DNA of 61,833 bases, the filler included. It is 6 parts of 6 records of this genome, joined end to end, with 100 filler letters (N's around TTAATTAATTAA, not from the genome) between each part and the next. Parts side by side here need not be neighbours in the genome. Positions count along the whole stretch, not along the records: positions 16,852 to 26,028 come from SRR31156797_24805; positions 26,129 to 34,068 come from SRR31156797_24812; 4 more parts are not named here. One strand, written 5' to 3'. This document shows, piece after piece, positions 18,968-28,320 of the stretch. Numbering within the stretch: position 1 is the stretch's first letter; each line of letters begins with the position of its first letter. Both the position numbers and the translations under genes were made by a program. The notes below the pieces were generated by a model that worked only from the letters and a program-made list of their open reading frames with translations, had not been told where the DNA came from and made no database searches.

Positions 18968-20668
18968 CTAACTGATCTGCGCCTGTTTTGCCGCCGGCAG
19001 AATGACGTTAAAGGTGGTGCCGTGGCCCTTCTCGCTGTGGACCTCCATAATGCCGCCCATTTTGTCTATGATGCCGTAACAAACGGAGAGTCCCAAACCC
19101 GTTCCCTCTCCCACCGGCTTGGTGGTAAAGAAAGGGCTGAAGATCTTCTTGCGGTTTTCCGGGCTGACCCCGTTTCCATTATCCCTGACAAAAATTTCAA
19201 CTTTCCCGTTTTTTTTGCCCCTGGCGCCGACCACCAATATCCCCCCTTGAGCCCCATGCCGTGCCATAATGGCATCCATGGCATTATTATAGAGATTCAG
19301 CAGAACCTGCTGCAGCTGGCCGCGATCCCCATGAACCGACGGTGTATGTTTTGAAATCTCCTGTTTCAGGACAATTCCATGGACAACCGCTTTGTTTTCC
19401 ACCATATGGGTTATTTCAGGGATGAATTTCTGAAGCGCAATGTCCTCAACCACCGGCTCGCTTTGCCGGCCGAACTTTAGGATGGACTGGGTGATGGCGG
19501 CACAACGGCTGATCTGGAGGTCAAACTGTTCCATGGATTCTTCGATTTCACATAAGGATTCCGATGGCTTCAAATCACCCTTTTCCTTCAATTCCGAGAA
19601 TATGGAATCCATAAGGGCATGTTCACTTTTCATGATCTGGAGAGGGTTGTTGATTTCATGGGCAAAGCCCGTGGCCATTTCACCCAGTTCCGCCAGTCTG
19701 CTTGCCCTGATGAGCTGGTTGTCCAACTGTTCTCTTTCCCTATCCAGCCTTTCCATCCGCCTAACAATGCGGCCGGTCAGGAGAAAAGCAATCCCCACAA
19801 TGGCCCCGCCGCCCATAATGGTAATCAGGAGAATAATGTATGAGGCCGCCCTAAGGGATCTGAAGGCATCGGCCTTCTCTTGCCTTACAACGAGTAGCCA
19901 GTGCTTGTTTTCCAACCATGTTGTGGCGTATAGATATTCATCTCCACCTGAACCCTTCTCAATAAATGTCTTGATGCCGGTGTGGGATGCCGGCATTTTG
20001 ATGATCTCGGGATCTTTGTGCATCAGGCTTCCGCCTGAGCGTCGCTCCGACTGAAATATGCCGTCCCCATTCAGAAGATACGCTTCACCGGTCTTGCCGA
20101 TGCGAATCTTTTTGACAAGGTCGTTAAACATATAGGTGTCGATGGTGGACCGGATAACCCAGATTTTACCGGCTTCTTCTCGCTTGAGGGCGATGACGAA
20201 ATGGGGAATGCGACGGTGTCCCAGGAAAATATCACTGATATATTGACCCTTTTTCAGCACCTCCCTGAACCAGGGTGCTGTTGCATAATCCTTTCCCACC
20301 AGTTTATAGGGCCCCTGATAATTGACGTGGGTACCTTCCTGATCAAACAGCCCCAGATCAAAGAATGCGCTCGACTCTTTCTTTAAATTGCGCAGGATAT
20401 TGTGAAGCTCCTCGGGATCGGCAAGCACTTCAAAAGAATAAGAGTCGAGTATGAATTCAAGATTCGCCTTACGGTTGGTAAGAAAGGAATCGATCATATG
20501 CCGGTGATCCTCGACGATCCGCTTTATGGCAGCAACGGTGCCGGATTCCAGGGAGGTGGTAAAATAGTAATATCCGATTCCCAGGATGAGGATGAAGGTT
20601 GTGAGGGGAATCAGGATCATACTGACCAAAATGACCCGCCTTAGTTTTGCGTACGGTGATTTCTCCAT
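18968..20668 (-). CDS. Membrane sensor histidine kinase (Cache-like sensor, NtrB-type core)
   Basis: Two TMs, H-box AHEINNPL, N-box NLYNNAMDA, DNGNG, FSPFFTTK, GTGLGL. Confidence 0.92.
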   Translation of the reverse strand: MEKSPYAKLRRVILVSMILIPLTTFILILGIGYYYFTTSLESGTVAAIKRIVEDHRHMIDSFLTNRKANLEFILDSYSFEVLADPEELHNILRNLKKESSAFFDLGLFDQEGTHVNYQGPYKLVGKDYATAPWFREVLKKGQYISDIFLGHRRIPHFVIALKREEAGKIWVIRSTIDTYMFNDLVKKIRIGKTGEAYLLNGDGIFQSERRSGGSLMHKDPEIIKMPASHTGIKTFIEKGSGGDEYLYATTWLENKHWLLVVRQEKADAFRSLRAASYIILLITIMGGGAIVGIAFLLTGRIVRRMERLDREREQLDNQLIRASRLAELGEMATGFAHEINNPLQIMKSEHALMDSIFSELKEKGDLKPSESLCEIEESMEQFDLQISRCAAITQSILKFGRQSEPVVEDIALQKFIPEITHMVENKAVVHGIVLKQEISKHTPSVHGDRGQLQQVLLNLYNNAMDAIMARHGAQGGILVVGARGKKNGKVEIFVRDNGNGVSPENRKKIFSPFFTTKPVGEGTGLGLSVCYGIIDKMGGIMEVHSEKGHGTTFNVILPAAKQAQIS

Positions 20669-20707
20669 GATGTCAGCACTCCTCTTCGAAAGCCTGAACT
20701 GCTGTAA

Positions 20708-20723
20708 GGCAAGCTTTGTGCCA
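20708..20723 (-). promoter_or_regulatory. Sigma54 (-24/-12) promoter
   Basis: Minus strand TGGCACAAAGCTTGCC matches TGGCAC-N5-TTGC, about 40 nt upstream of the kinase ATG. Confidence 0.85.
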
Positions 20724-20904
20724 GAAATACAACCAGAGATGTATACTTAGAAACCGCTGGATTAATTGATATTATCCGGGCTTTGGACCCTTAAAACGAT
20801 GATTAAGGCATGTCAGGGTTTTTTGCAGGTTGTAAAGGGGAACCGGGTAAGTGAAGGGGTTTAATTTCTTGGGCGAGGGTTTTCGGGCAGAACTTGAAAT
20901 CGGT

Positions 20905-20938
20905 AATTCAGGAGCCGGCGCCTTTCAGCTCCTGAATT
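20905..20938. terminator. 11-bp inverted repeat downstream of the response regulator, possible terminator
   Basis: AATTCAGGAGC-N12-GCTCCTGAATT with no strong U-tract. Confidence 0.4.
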
Positions 20939-20968
20939 CTATCCTTTTGAATTGGGGCATGGCCCGCA

Positions 20969-21433
20969 TTAGTTGCCTTCCTCCTTTACCTGTTCCAGGA
21001 CCCTTCCCGGAAAACGGACCAGTTCTTTGATCCTGGCGCTCCGGATTTTCTGATCGTGCGCATCTTTTTTTTCAAAGGCCTGGGCCAACTTGATGAGAAG
21101 CTCCTCCAGTTTTATGGGCTTTAAGAGGTAATCAAAAGCGCCCAACTTCATACCCTCAATACTGGTTTCCACGGAAGCATGTCCTGTCAGCAAAATGACT
21201 TCCGCCAAGGGCTGGATCTTCTTCATCTCCCTCAGCGCTTCAATGCCATCCATGCCCCCCGGCATCTTGACGTCCAGGATGACAACGTCAAAAAGCTTTT
21301 TCTTCATTATTTCCAAGGCCTCTTCGCCGCTGGGTACGCCGGTGGTATCGATATTCCGTTTGTGCAGGCGTTTCACCAGGGTCTCCAGAAAATCCTCTTC
21401 GTCATCCACAACCAAAGCCCTAAAAGCATCCAT
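20969..21433 (-). CDS. Single-domain response regulator
   Basis: VDDE, LDVKMPGGMDG, LTGHAS, KP. GGAGG RBS. Confidence 0.9.
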   Translation of the reverse strand: MDAFRALVVDDEEDFLETLVKRLHKRNIDTTGVPSGEEALEIMKKKLFDVVILDVKMPGGMDGIEALREMKKIQPLAEVILLTGHASVETSIEGMKLGAFDYLLKPIKLEELLIKLAQAFEKKDAHDQKIRSARIKELVRFPGRVLEQVKEEGN

Positions 21434-21556
21434 TTGACTCCCTCCTTGGTACTAAGCGTTAGACGTTTCAATCATTGACTCTGACAGTTCATCTCTCATA
21501 TTTTATAACACATTGTATTTGAAAGTTTTAAAATTCAAAATATTTTTGGCCGGAAT

Positions 21557-23218
21557 CTATTTCCTCTCAGGTGGTATCGCCGGAAGCATAACCGTAAAGG
21601 TCGTGCCTTTTCCCACTGCGCTGTTGATGCGGATGTTTCCTCCCATCTTGGCAATAATATCATAACTGACCCACAGGCCGAGACCGGTTCCTTTGCCGGT
21701 TTCTTTGGTGGTAAAGAAGGGATCAAAAACCTTTTTTTGTTTATCCTCCGTAATCCCAGGTCCGTTGTCGGTGATATCAATATGGATGAACGAATCAACC
21801 TTCCCGGTCGTCACTTCAATCAGACCCTCCGACCCGATGGCGTCAATGGCATTGGTCATGAGATTCAGGAAAACCTGCTGGAGACGTGACTGATCACCGG
21901 CAATGATCGGTAAATCATCGGAGAACGCGGCCGTAATCTCGATATTGTTGGTGACGGCATGATTTTTCAGCAGATCGACGGTTTGCTTCAATGTGCTGTT
22001 CACGTCCACATCCTCCAGATGGGGTTCCATCTTTCGAGCGTAGCCCAGCATATTGTGAACGACTTTTCTGGCCCGTTCCACATGATTTTCAATTTTATTC
22101 AGGGATTCCTTGTATTCCTGATAATTTTCACTCTCCTGGAATTTTTCTTCGTTTAAAAGGTCCTCCATCCATCCGGTTTTTTGAAGGATAACGGCCAGCG
22201 GGTTATTGATTTCATGGGCCACCCCCGCCGCCATTTTGCCCAATGCCGCCAGTTTGTCCGACTGAATCAGTTGGGCATTGAGTTCATTCATTCTGGAATC
22301 GTTTTCCCTTAACCGTTTGATGATCATCCGGGTTGTCAGGACGGTTGCCAAAATGATGGCCAGGATGCCGCAAACGATAATCAGGATTTCGGCAATCCTG
22401 GTGGAAAAGAGACCGGTCTTTTCTTCCGCCACTTCCTGGCTGATGATAAGGATCCACTTGCCGTCATTGAGCCAACTTCCGGCATAGAGGGTTTTTTCCC
22501 CGTCGCCGTTTTTCTCTTCCACCACTGTGGCCCTTGTGCCGAAAATTCGCGGATTCAGGTGGGACCGGGTTAATATGCTTCCGTCAAAACGGGGAGAGGT
22601 TTGGTAAACTCCTTTTCGATCCAGGATATAGGCGTCGCCCGTTTTTCCCACCTGGGCCGAGCGTACGATGTCCCCGAAAATATCGGGATCGATGGTGGCT
22701 CTCAGTATCCAGCTGTTGGAGCCCTCCTGGCGGCGAACCGCAATAATAAAGTGCGGGGATTTTCGGTACCCCATATAGACGTTACTGATGTAAACGCCCT
22801 TTTTGAGTACATCATTGAACCATTGTTGTTGGTAGTAATTGAGACCCTTCAGATCATAGGGGCCGATGTACGCCAAATGTTGACCGGAATTGGAGATGAC
22901 CCCGAGATCCACAAAGGCCCCCGCACGGGCATTCATGACCTCGAATATCCGGGCGAGATTCTTTTCCTCGGTCATGTCGTTGAATGTGTGGGTATCCGCC
23001 ATGGCGCAGAGGATGGCGGTTCGCTCTTTCAGAAAGAGTTCAACCGCCTCCGCTTGGGCCCTGGCCCGGTAGGTGATCTGCTCCTCGATCTTTTCCTCAA
23101 ACATCCGGGAGAATTGATGATAGATGGTGACACCCAGAACCATGAGCGGGGAAAGAGAGACCAGCAGCGTTATGATGATGATCTTTCTTTGAAGATTGAT
23201 ATAGAGAGATGTTTTCAT
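21557..23218 (-). CDS. Membrane sensor histidine kinase (paralog of 18968-20668)
   Basis: [36 protein letters not shown]. Shares PHF and GKTG(D/E)AY sensor motifs with its paralog. Start reset to ATG 23218. Confidence 0.92.
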   Translation of the reverse strand: MKTSLYINLQRKIIIITLLVSLSPLMVLGVTIYHQFSRMFEEKIEEQITYRARAQAEAVELFLKERTAILCAMADTHTFNDMTEEKNLARIFEVMNARAGAFVDLGVISNSGQHLAYIGPYDLKGLNYYQQQWFNDVLKKGVYISNVYMGYRKSPHFIIAVRRQEGSNSWILRATIDPDIFGDIVRSAQVGKTGDAYILDRKGVYQTSPRFDGSILTRSHLNPRIFGTRATVVEEKNGDGEKTLYAGSWLNDGKWILIISQEVAEEKTGLFSTRIAEILIIVCGILAIILATVLTTRMIIKRLRENDSRMNELNAQLIQSDKLAALGKMAAGVAHEINNPLAVILQKTGWMEDLLNEEKFQESENYQEYKESLNKIENHVERARKVVHNMLGYARKMEPHLEDVDVNSTLKQTVDLLKNHAVTNNIEITAAFSDDLPIIAGDQSRLQQVFLNLMTNAIDAIGSEGLIEVTTGKVDSFIHIDITDNGPGITEDKQKKVFDPFFTTKETGKGTGLGLWVSYDIIAKMGGNIRINSAVGKGTTFTVMLPAIPPERK

Positions 23219-23220
23219 TG

Positions 23221-24870
23221 TCAGTGGGGCCATGCCATGAACTGCCAGTATCCCAAAATACTCCAGAACCAGAGAACCAGCCATGCCAGAATGGTGATGG
23301 GGAGCCCGAATTTCACGAAATCGAATACGCTCAGCAGTCTTTCGCCCGTTTCAGGGTCCTTGCCCATGCCGAAAGCTATCGCATTATTGGGGGTTCCCAC
23401 AACCAGAAAGTTGGCGAAAGAGGAAGAAAAGGCGCAGGCCAGGCCCAGCTTCCAGACGCTGACGCCGGCCAGGCTTGCCATGGGAAGCACGATGGGCCCG
23501 AGGGCCGCCACGGTCGCCCCGTCGCTCATAAAGTTGGTCATGGTCCCTGTTAACAGGCTCACGCCGATGACCAGCCCATCGCCGTGGGATATGCTCTCCG
23601 GCAGCAATGCCACAAAGGTATTGGCCAACCAGAGGGCGCCGCCGGTAAATTTGAGGCCGACCCCCATGGCGCAGGCGGCGGCGTAGAGACCCACCACGTC
23701 AAAGGCCACCCCGTCCTGGATGTCGTCCCAGCTTACAATACGACAGAGAAACATGGCAACCACCGCATAGAGGGTGGGTCCGCCCAAACCGTAATGCTCA
23801 CCCAGAATGATCCACGCTACAACCAGGCATAAAAGGATAATCCCCATCATGGCCTCTTTACCGCCGAATTTGGGCATCCTGGCCACTTCCGCCTTTACCA
23901 CCTCGCTCGGGTTCACCCCTTTCACCTGGAATTTGGATTTAAGACGGATGTACATATAAGCCCCGATGACCACGGCCATCAGAGGGACGAAAGGCATACC
24001 GTATTTCATCCAGTCGAGGAATGAAATGGGATCACCATACTCCATCAAATACCCCACCATGATGGCGTTTCTCCCTCCCGCCGCAGGAGACCCGGGGCCG
24101 CCATGGTTGGCCGCGAAACAGATGCCCAACAGAAGAAAGATCGCCAGGGCCCGGTCCTTTTCCACCCCGTACATCCTGCAAGTCACCTTGTAAATTCCCA
24201 TGAGGACCGGGATGAGCAAAGCCACCAGGGCGTGTTCGGACAAGAAGCTGGCCGACATGGCCAGAAGGGGCAGAAATAAAAAGGCAAAGGCCTTGGCGCT
24301 TTTGATGCGGCTCAGGAGTATGAGTCCGATCCGCTTGTCAAGCCCGGTTTTGGCAACCCCCACGGCCACGGCCAAAATGCCGAAAATAAAGAAGACGGCA
24401 TCCTTCATATAGGCCTTGGATATTTCATTGACGGGGAGGATGCAGAAGATATAGAGCATCACGGCCACCAGAAGATCGGTGGCGCCCAAGGGGAGGGCTT
24501 CCGTTGCCCAGAAAAAGACGGCCAGAAAGAATATGGCGAGCATGATCTTTGCCAATTGCGCCGCCTGTCTGTCCGTCATAAGAGGGCTGCTATCCGGCAC
24601 CCCTTTTTCACCCTGCACCATTTTTGTTTTATAAGCCTTTGGGTGAAGCTTTTGATTCATGGTATCGGCGATTGTGCTGCACTCCCGGCCCAACTGATAT
24701 CCTGCGGGATTTACCTTGCTCACCAGATCAATCATACTCTGCGGGGGAGGAAGCTGCACCACGCCCGTAAAGACCAGCGCCGCGATTAGCAGAAGAATGG
24801 GCTTATACCCCGGTTTACTAGCCCAGAATCCTGGTTTACGGTTGGTGTCAACTGTCACGTGATGGCCCAT
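23221..24870 (-). CDS. DASS/SLC13 family anion permease
   Basis: WATEALPLG, KTGLDKRI, AANHGGPGSPAAGGRN, VGTPNNAIAFG and many TMs. Confidence 0.88.
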   Translation of the reverse strand: MGHHVTVDTNRKPGFWASKPGYKPILLLIAALVFTGVVQLPPPQSMIDLVSKVNPAGYQLGRECSTIADTMNQKLHPKAYKTKMVQGEKGVPDSSPLMTDRQAAQLAKIMLAIFFLAVFFWATEALPLGATDLLVAVMLYIFCILPVNEISKAYMKDAVFFIFGILAVAVGVAKTGLDKRIGLILLSRIKSAKAFAFLFLPLLAMSASFLSEHALVALLIPVLMGIYKVTCRMYGVEKDRALAIFLLLGICFAANHGGPGSPAAGGRNAIMVGYLMEYGDPISFLDWMKYGMPFVPLMAVVIGAYMYIRLKSKFQVKGVNPSEVVKAEVARMPKFGGKEAMMGIILLCLVVAWIILGEHYGLGGPTLYAVVAMFLCRIVSWDDIQDGVAFDVVGLYAAACAMGVGLKFTGGALWLANTFVALLPESISHGDGLVIGVSLLTGTMTNFMSDGATVAALGPIVLPMASLAGVSVWKLGLACAFSSSFANFLVVGTPNNAIAFGMGKDPETGERLLSVFDFVKFGLPITILAWLVLWFWSILGYWQFMAWPH

Positions 24871-24996
24871 ATTCGCCTCCTTGATTATCTGTTCCCGAAA
24901 ATCTGCAATTCGCTGTTAGCCTCAGCTCAAAGACTACAAGCATCTGTATGAAAATTACTGTTCAATGATGTCGCCACAAAGACGGCTAATGGCAAA

Positions 24997-25012
24997 GGCA
25001 ATGATTGTGCCA
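24997..25012 (-). promoter_or_regulatory. Sigma54 (-24/-12) promoter
   Basis: Minus strand TGGCACAATCATTGCC, upstream of the DASS permease. Confidence 0.85.
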
Positions 25013-25289
25013 AAAATCACATTCTTTGGTGGTTGCTTCAACAGGTTGAAAACAATGGAAATGATGGTTGTGGAAAAAGTTGGGTTTGTCTTGCGGTCAG
25101 GTATGGATGTCGGTATCTTTTACAGATTGTTAAAAATGATGATTCATAGGATCTGCATTAGAAACCGGTATTGGCGCTGGTTTCCAGGGAAGACTTTACG
25201 AGATTTTATGGCTGCCAGGATTATTGTTACCCTGGTTGGATAGATGACAAACAGAGTGTGGCATTTTGCAGGGGCGGGCCTTTGAGATA

Positions 25290-25318
25290 TTGACAAATTT
25301 GATTCACTCTACTATGAT
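25290..25318 (+). promoter_or_regulatory. Sigma70 promoter of the arsR-like gene
   Basis: TTGACA-N17-TATGAT, about 26 nt before the start codon. Confidence 0.8.
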
Positions 25319-25344
25319 CCGGTTAAGCATTCACCGAAATATAA

Positions 25345-25827
25345 GTGATGATGGCAAATTTGGTTCCAATTCTGAAGGCTCTGGCAGATGAGACGCGTTT
25401 TCGCATCATCCATCTGCTGTTGTATCACGACCTTTGCGTGGGCGCTCTGGCGGATCATCTCTCCATGTCCAAAGCGGCCGTATCGCAACACCTCAAGATA
25501 TTGAGGAAGGCCGGTCTGGTGAGAGGCGAGAAACGGGGGTACTGGACCCATTACGGTGTTGACAAAACCGTGATCCATCAGATCGCAGAAGCGCTGATGG
25601 AGAAAGCCGATCAGGCGCCTGATTTCAGGATGGCCTGTCATCGGTCCATTCAGGATAAAAGCAAGATTGATAGCTTGAAAAGGAGGGAATTCACCATGTG
25701 TCAAAACTGTTGTCAGCAGCCGACCCAATTAAAGGACAAGCCGGAAAACTGCACGCCTGAGCAGATCATCGCGTGTCACGGGGATGAGAAGGACCATCCC
25801 TGTGTTTCGACGAAAGAGGAGAAGTGA
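25345..25827 (+). CDS. ArsR/SmtB family regulator with a C-terminal Cys/His-rich extension
   Basis: [44 protein letters not shown]. Tail MCQNCC...[11 protein letters not shown]...HPC. Confidence 0.88.
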   Translation: MMMANLVPILKALADETRFRIIHLLLYHDLCVGALADHLSMSKAAVSQHLKILRKAGLVRGEKRGYWTHYGVDKTVIHQIAEALMEKADQAPDFRMACHRSIQDKSKIDSLKRREFTMCQNCCQQPTQLKDKPENCTPEQIIACHGDEKDHPCVSTKEEK

Positions 25828-26028
25828 GCCGTATCCTGTTGAATGATGGCACGACCTGCGCCATAATCGTGAATGGACTGAGCAAGGGATTCGGTGATGT
25901 GCGGGCCGTTTCGGATATGAGCTTTGAGGTGCCCGAGGGGGAGTTGTTCGGGTTCCTCGGTCCCAACGGGGCAGGCAAGACCACCACCATCAACATACTC
26001 ACCGGTCTGGCCCGGCCGGATTCGGGCA
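25824..26028 (+). CDS. ABC exporter ATP-binding subunit (DrrA/CcmA-like), 3'-truncated
   Basis: [17 protein letters not shown] overlap with the ArsR stop. Confidence 0.85.
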
Positions 26029-26128
26029 NNNNNNNNNNNNNNNNNNNNNNNNNNNNNNNNNNNNNNNNNNNNTTAATTAATTAANNNNNNNNNNNNNNNN
26101 NNNNNNNNNNNNNNNNNNNNNNNNNNNN
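26029..26128. other. Artificial contig linker
   Basis: N44-TTAATTAATTAA-N44. Confidence 0.99.
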
Positions 26129-26770
26129 CCGCTGGGTGTTTTCGATCACCTTGGCCGCCTCGGCCTCCTTGATGGACTCGGTCCGGTGGACACCCGCCTG
26201 GATGATGGACTCATAAAGAGCGGCCACCTGTTCCAGGGTGTCTGGGTCGTCTCCGGATACCACCTTGACAATCTTGGTGAGGGTGTGCTCCTTGTCGCCC
26301 GGGTTGATCCGCTCCGGGGAGTAGCCCACATGGAAATCCTGCTTCCACTTGTAGCCGGACTCCTTTTCAAGGATGGGCACACAGACCTCCTCGGTCACCC
26401 CGGGGTATACAGTTGATTCATAGATCACCACGGCCCCTTTTTTCATGTACCTGCCCGCGGTGACGGAGGAGCTCTCCACCGGCCCGAGATCGGGACGCCT
26501 GGCCTTGTCTATGGGGGTGGGAACCGCAACGATGATGTAGTCGGCATCATGGATCATGGAGGGATCTGCGGTGGGGGTGAAGTGGACGGCGCGTTCAAAC
26601 TCCTCGGCTGACACCTCGCCCGTGGGATCCTGGCGGCGGTTGCAATTATCAATGATGCTCTGTTTCAAATCAAGGCCAACGGTCTCAAATTCGGCACCGA
26701 AATGAACGGCCAGGGGCAACCCCACGTAGCCAAGACCGATCACGGCAATCTTTATATTTTTATCTATCAT
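26129..26770 (-). CDS. UDP-N-acetylhexosamine 6-dehydrogenase (WbpO/TviB/WecC family), 3'-truncated
   Basis: GLGYVGLPLA, VAVPTP, YESTVYPG, YSPERINPGD, AEAAKVIENTQR. Confidence 0.92.
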
Positions 26771-27869
26771 TATGTTTCCTTATTATATCAACAATTCTAT
26801 CTGAGGCTTTGCCGTCCCAGAATTTCGGACGCTGGCCGTTTTTCCAGCTATTGGAAATGATCAGGTCAAAAGAGTCAAGGATTTTTTCCCTGGAAGTGCC
26901 CATGAGTTCATTGGTTCCCTCTGTGACGGTGATGGGGCGCTCCGTGTTTTCCCGGATTGTCAGACAAGGGATACCCAATGCCGTGGTCTCCTCCTGGAGC
27001 CCTCCGGAGTCGGTGAGGGCCATCCTTGCGTCCTTCCAGAGGTTCAGAAACTCCATATATGAGAGGGGATCGATGAGCCGTATATTGTCCGACGGTTTGA
27101 TCCCGTATTTTTCCATGTTCTTCCGGGTTCTCGGATGGATGGGAAAAATAAGGGGAAGGGTTTCGGAAACTGTGGACAGGGTTGCCAGGATGGACTCCAG
27201 GGACTCTTTTTCATCCACGTTGGAGGGGCGGTGGAGGGTCACGACCCCGTACTCCGTATGTTCCTGTTTGAACTGGTTGGATGGAAAAACCGAGCAGTTC
27301 ATATTCTCAAGCTTTGATAGCTGGTAAAAAAGGTTGTCGATCATCACATGGCCGACAAAATGGATGGCGCTGTCTTTTTTGCCTTCATTGAGCAGATTCT
27401 GCAGGCCCTGCTCTTCGGTTACAAAGAAAAGATCCGAGATGGAATCCGTTACCATGCGGTTGATCTCTTCGGGCATCTCGAGGTCAAAACTCCGCAGGCC
27501 TGCCTCCACGTGGGCCACCTGGATGTTCATCTTTTTTGCCACAATGGAACAGGCCAGGGTTGAGTTGACATCCCCCACCACCATGACCAGATCTGGCCGG
27601 TCCGAAAGACAGGTCTCTTCAAATCCCGTCATGATCCTGGCCGTCTGTTGGGCGTGGGAACTCCCGCCGGCACCCAGGTGGTAATCGGGTTTCCGTATGC
27701 CAAGCTCCTCAAAGAAGATATCACTCATGTTGCGATCATAATGCTGCCCCGTATGAACGATCTTATAATCAAGGTCGGCGTGGTTGTCAAAGGCCCTGGC
27801 AATGGGCGCAATCTTCATGAAATTGGGTCTGGCACCTGCAATAAGAAATATTTTCATCGGTAGTCTCAT
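26760..27869 (-). CDS. wecB: UDP-N-acetylglucosamine 2-epimerase (non-hydrolysing)
   Basis: GARPNFMK, HTGQHYD, VVGDVNS, HVEAGLRS, PEEINR, TDSGGLQEE, RENTERP. Confidence 0.94.
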   Translation of the reverse strand: MRLPMKIFLIAGARPNFMKIAPIARAFDNHADLDYKIVHTGQHYDRNMSDIFFEELGIRKPDYHLGAGGSSHAQQTARIMTGFEETCLSDRPDLVMVVGDVNSTLACSIVAKKMNIQVAHVEAGLRSFDLEMPEEINRMVTDSISDLFFVTEEQGLQNLLNEGKKDSAIHFVGHVMIDNLFYQLSKLENMNCSVFPSNQFKQEHTEYGVVTLHRPSNVDEKESLESILATLSTVSETLPLIFPIHPRTRKNMEKYGIKPSDNIRLIDPLSYMEFLNLWKDARMALTDSGGLQEETTALGIPCLTIRENTERPITVTEGTNELMGTSREKILDSFDLIISNSWKNGQRPKFWDGKASDRIVDIIRKHNDR

Positions 27870-27966
27870 TATAAAAAATATGGGAGAGGGTATATAGCTC
27901 CGCCCCCTGGGTTACATGGGGTGGTAACCAGTTCTATGAAAGCTTTGGTCGGGCATTGTTCATGAC

Positions 27967-27982
27967 AGCAAATACTGTGCCA
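27967..27982 (-). promoter_or_regulatory. Sigma54 (-24/-12) promoter upstream of wecB
   Basis: Minus strand TGGCACAGTATTTGCT, about 100 nt upstream of the start. Confidence 0.85.
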
Positions 27983-28320
27983 AGCAATTTCACCATCCCG
28001 GGGGAATTCCCCGGGATTTCGCCCTATTCGTCCGTCATTGCGGTTTCAGCAAAACATTTGAGTCAAATCAAAAAATTCAACAATTGTCAAACAATCATTG
28101 AATAAAAAAAGGGAACCGCAATTTTGTGGGCAAATTAGTGAATTTTTGACATACTTTTCACACTATTGAGAACATTTATCTCCGAATTAAACAAAAAAAG
28201 ATGAAATAAACTTTCTTTTTGCGAAAGAAACATATTTTCTATAACATTAATTTCACATTATTGGGAATTTTATTTCACAATCCAGAACAGCAAATCAGGA
28301 AAACTGCCCAGGCGGCCTGG

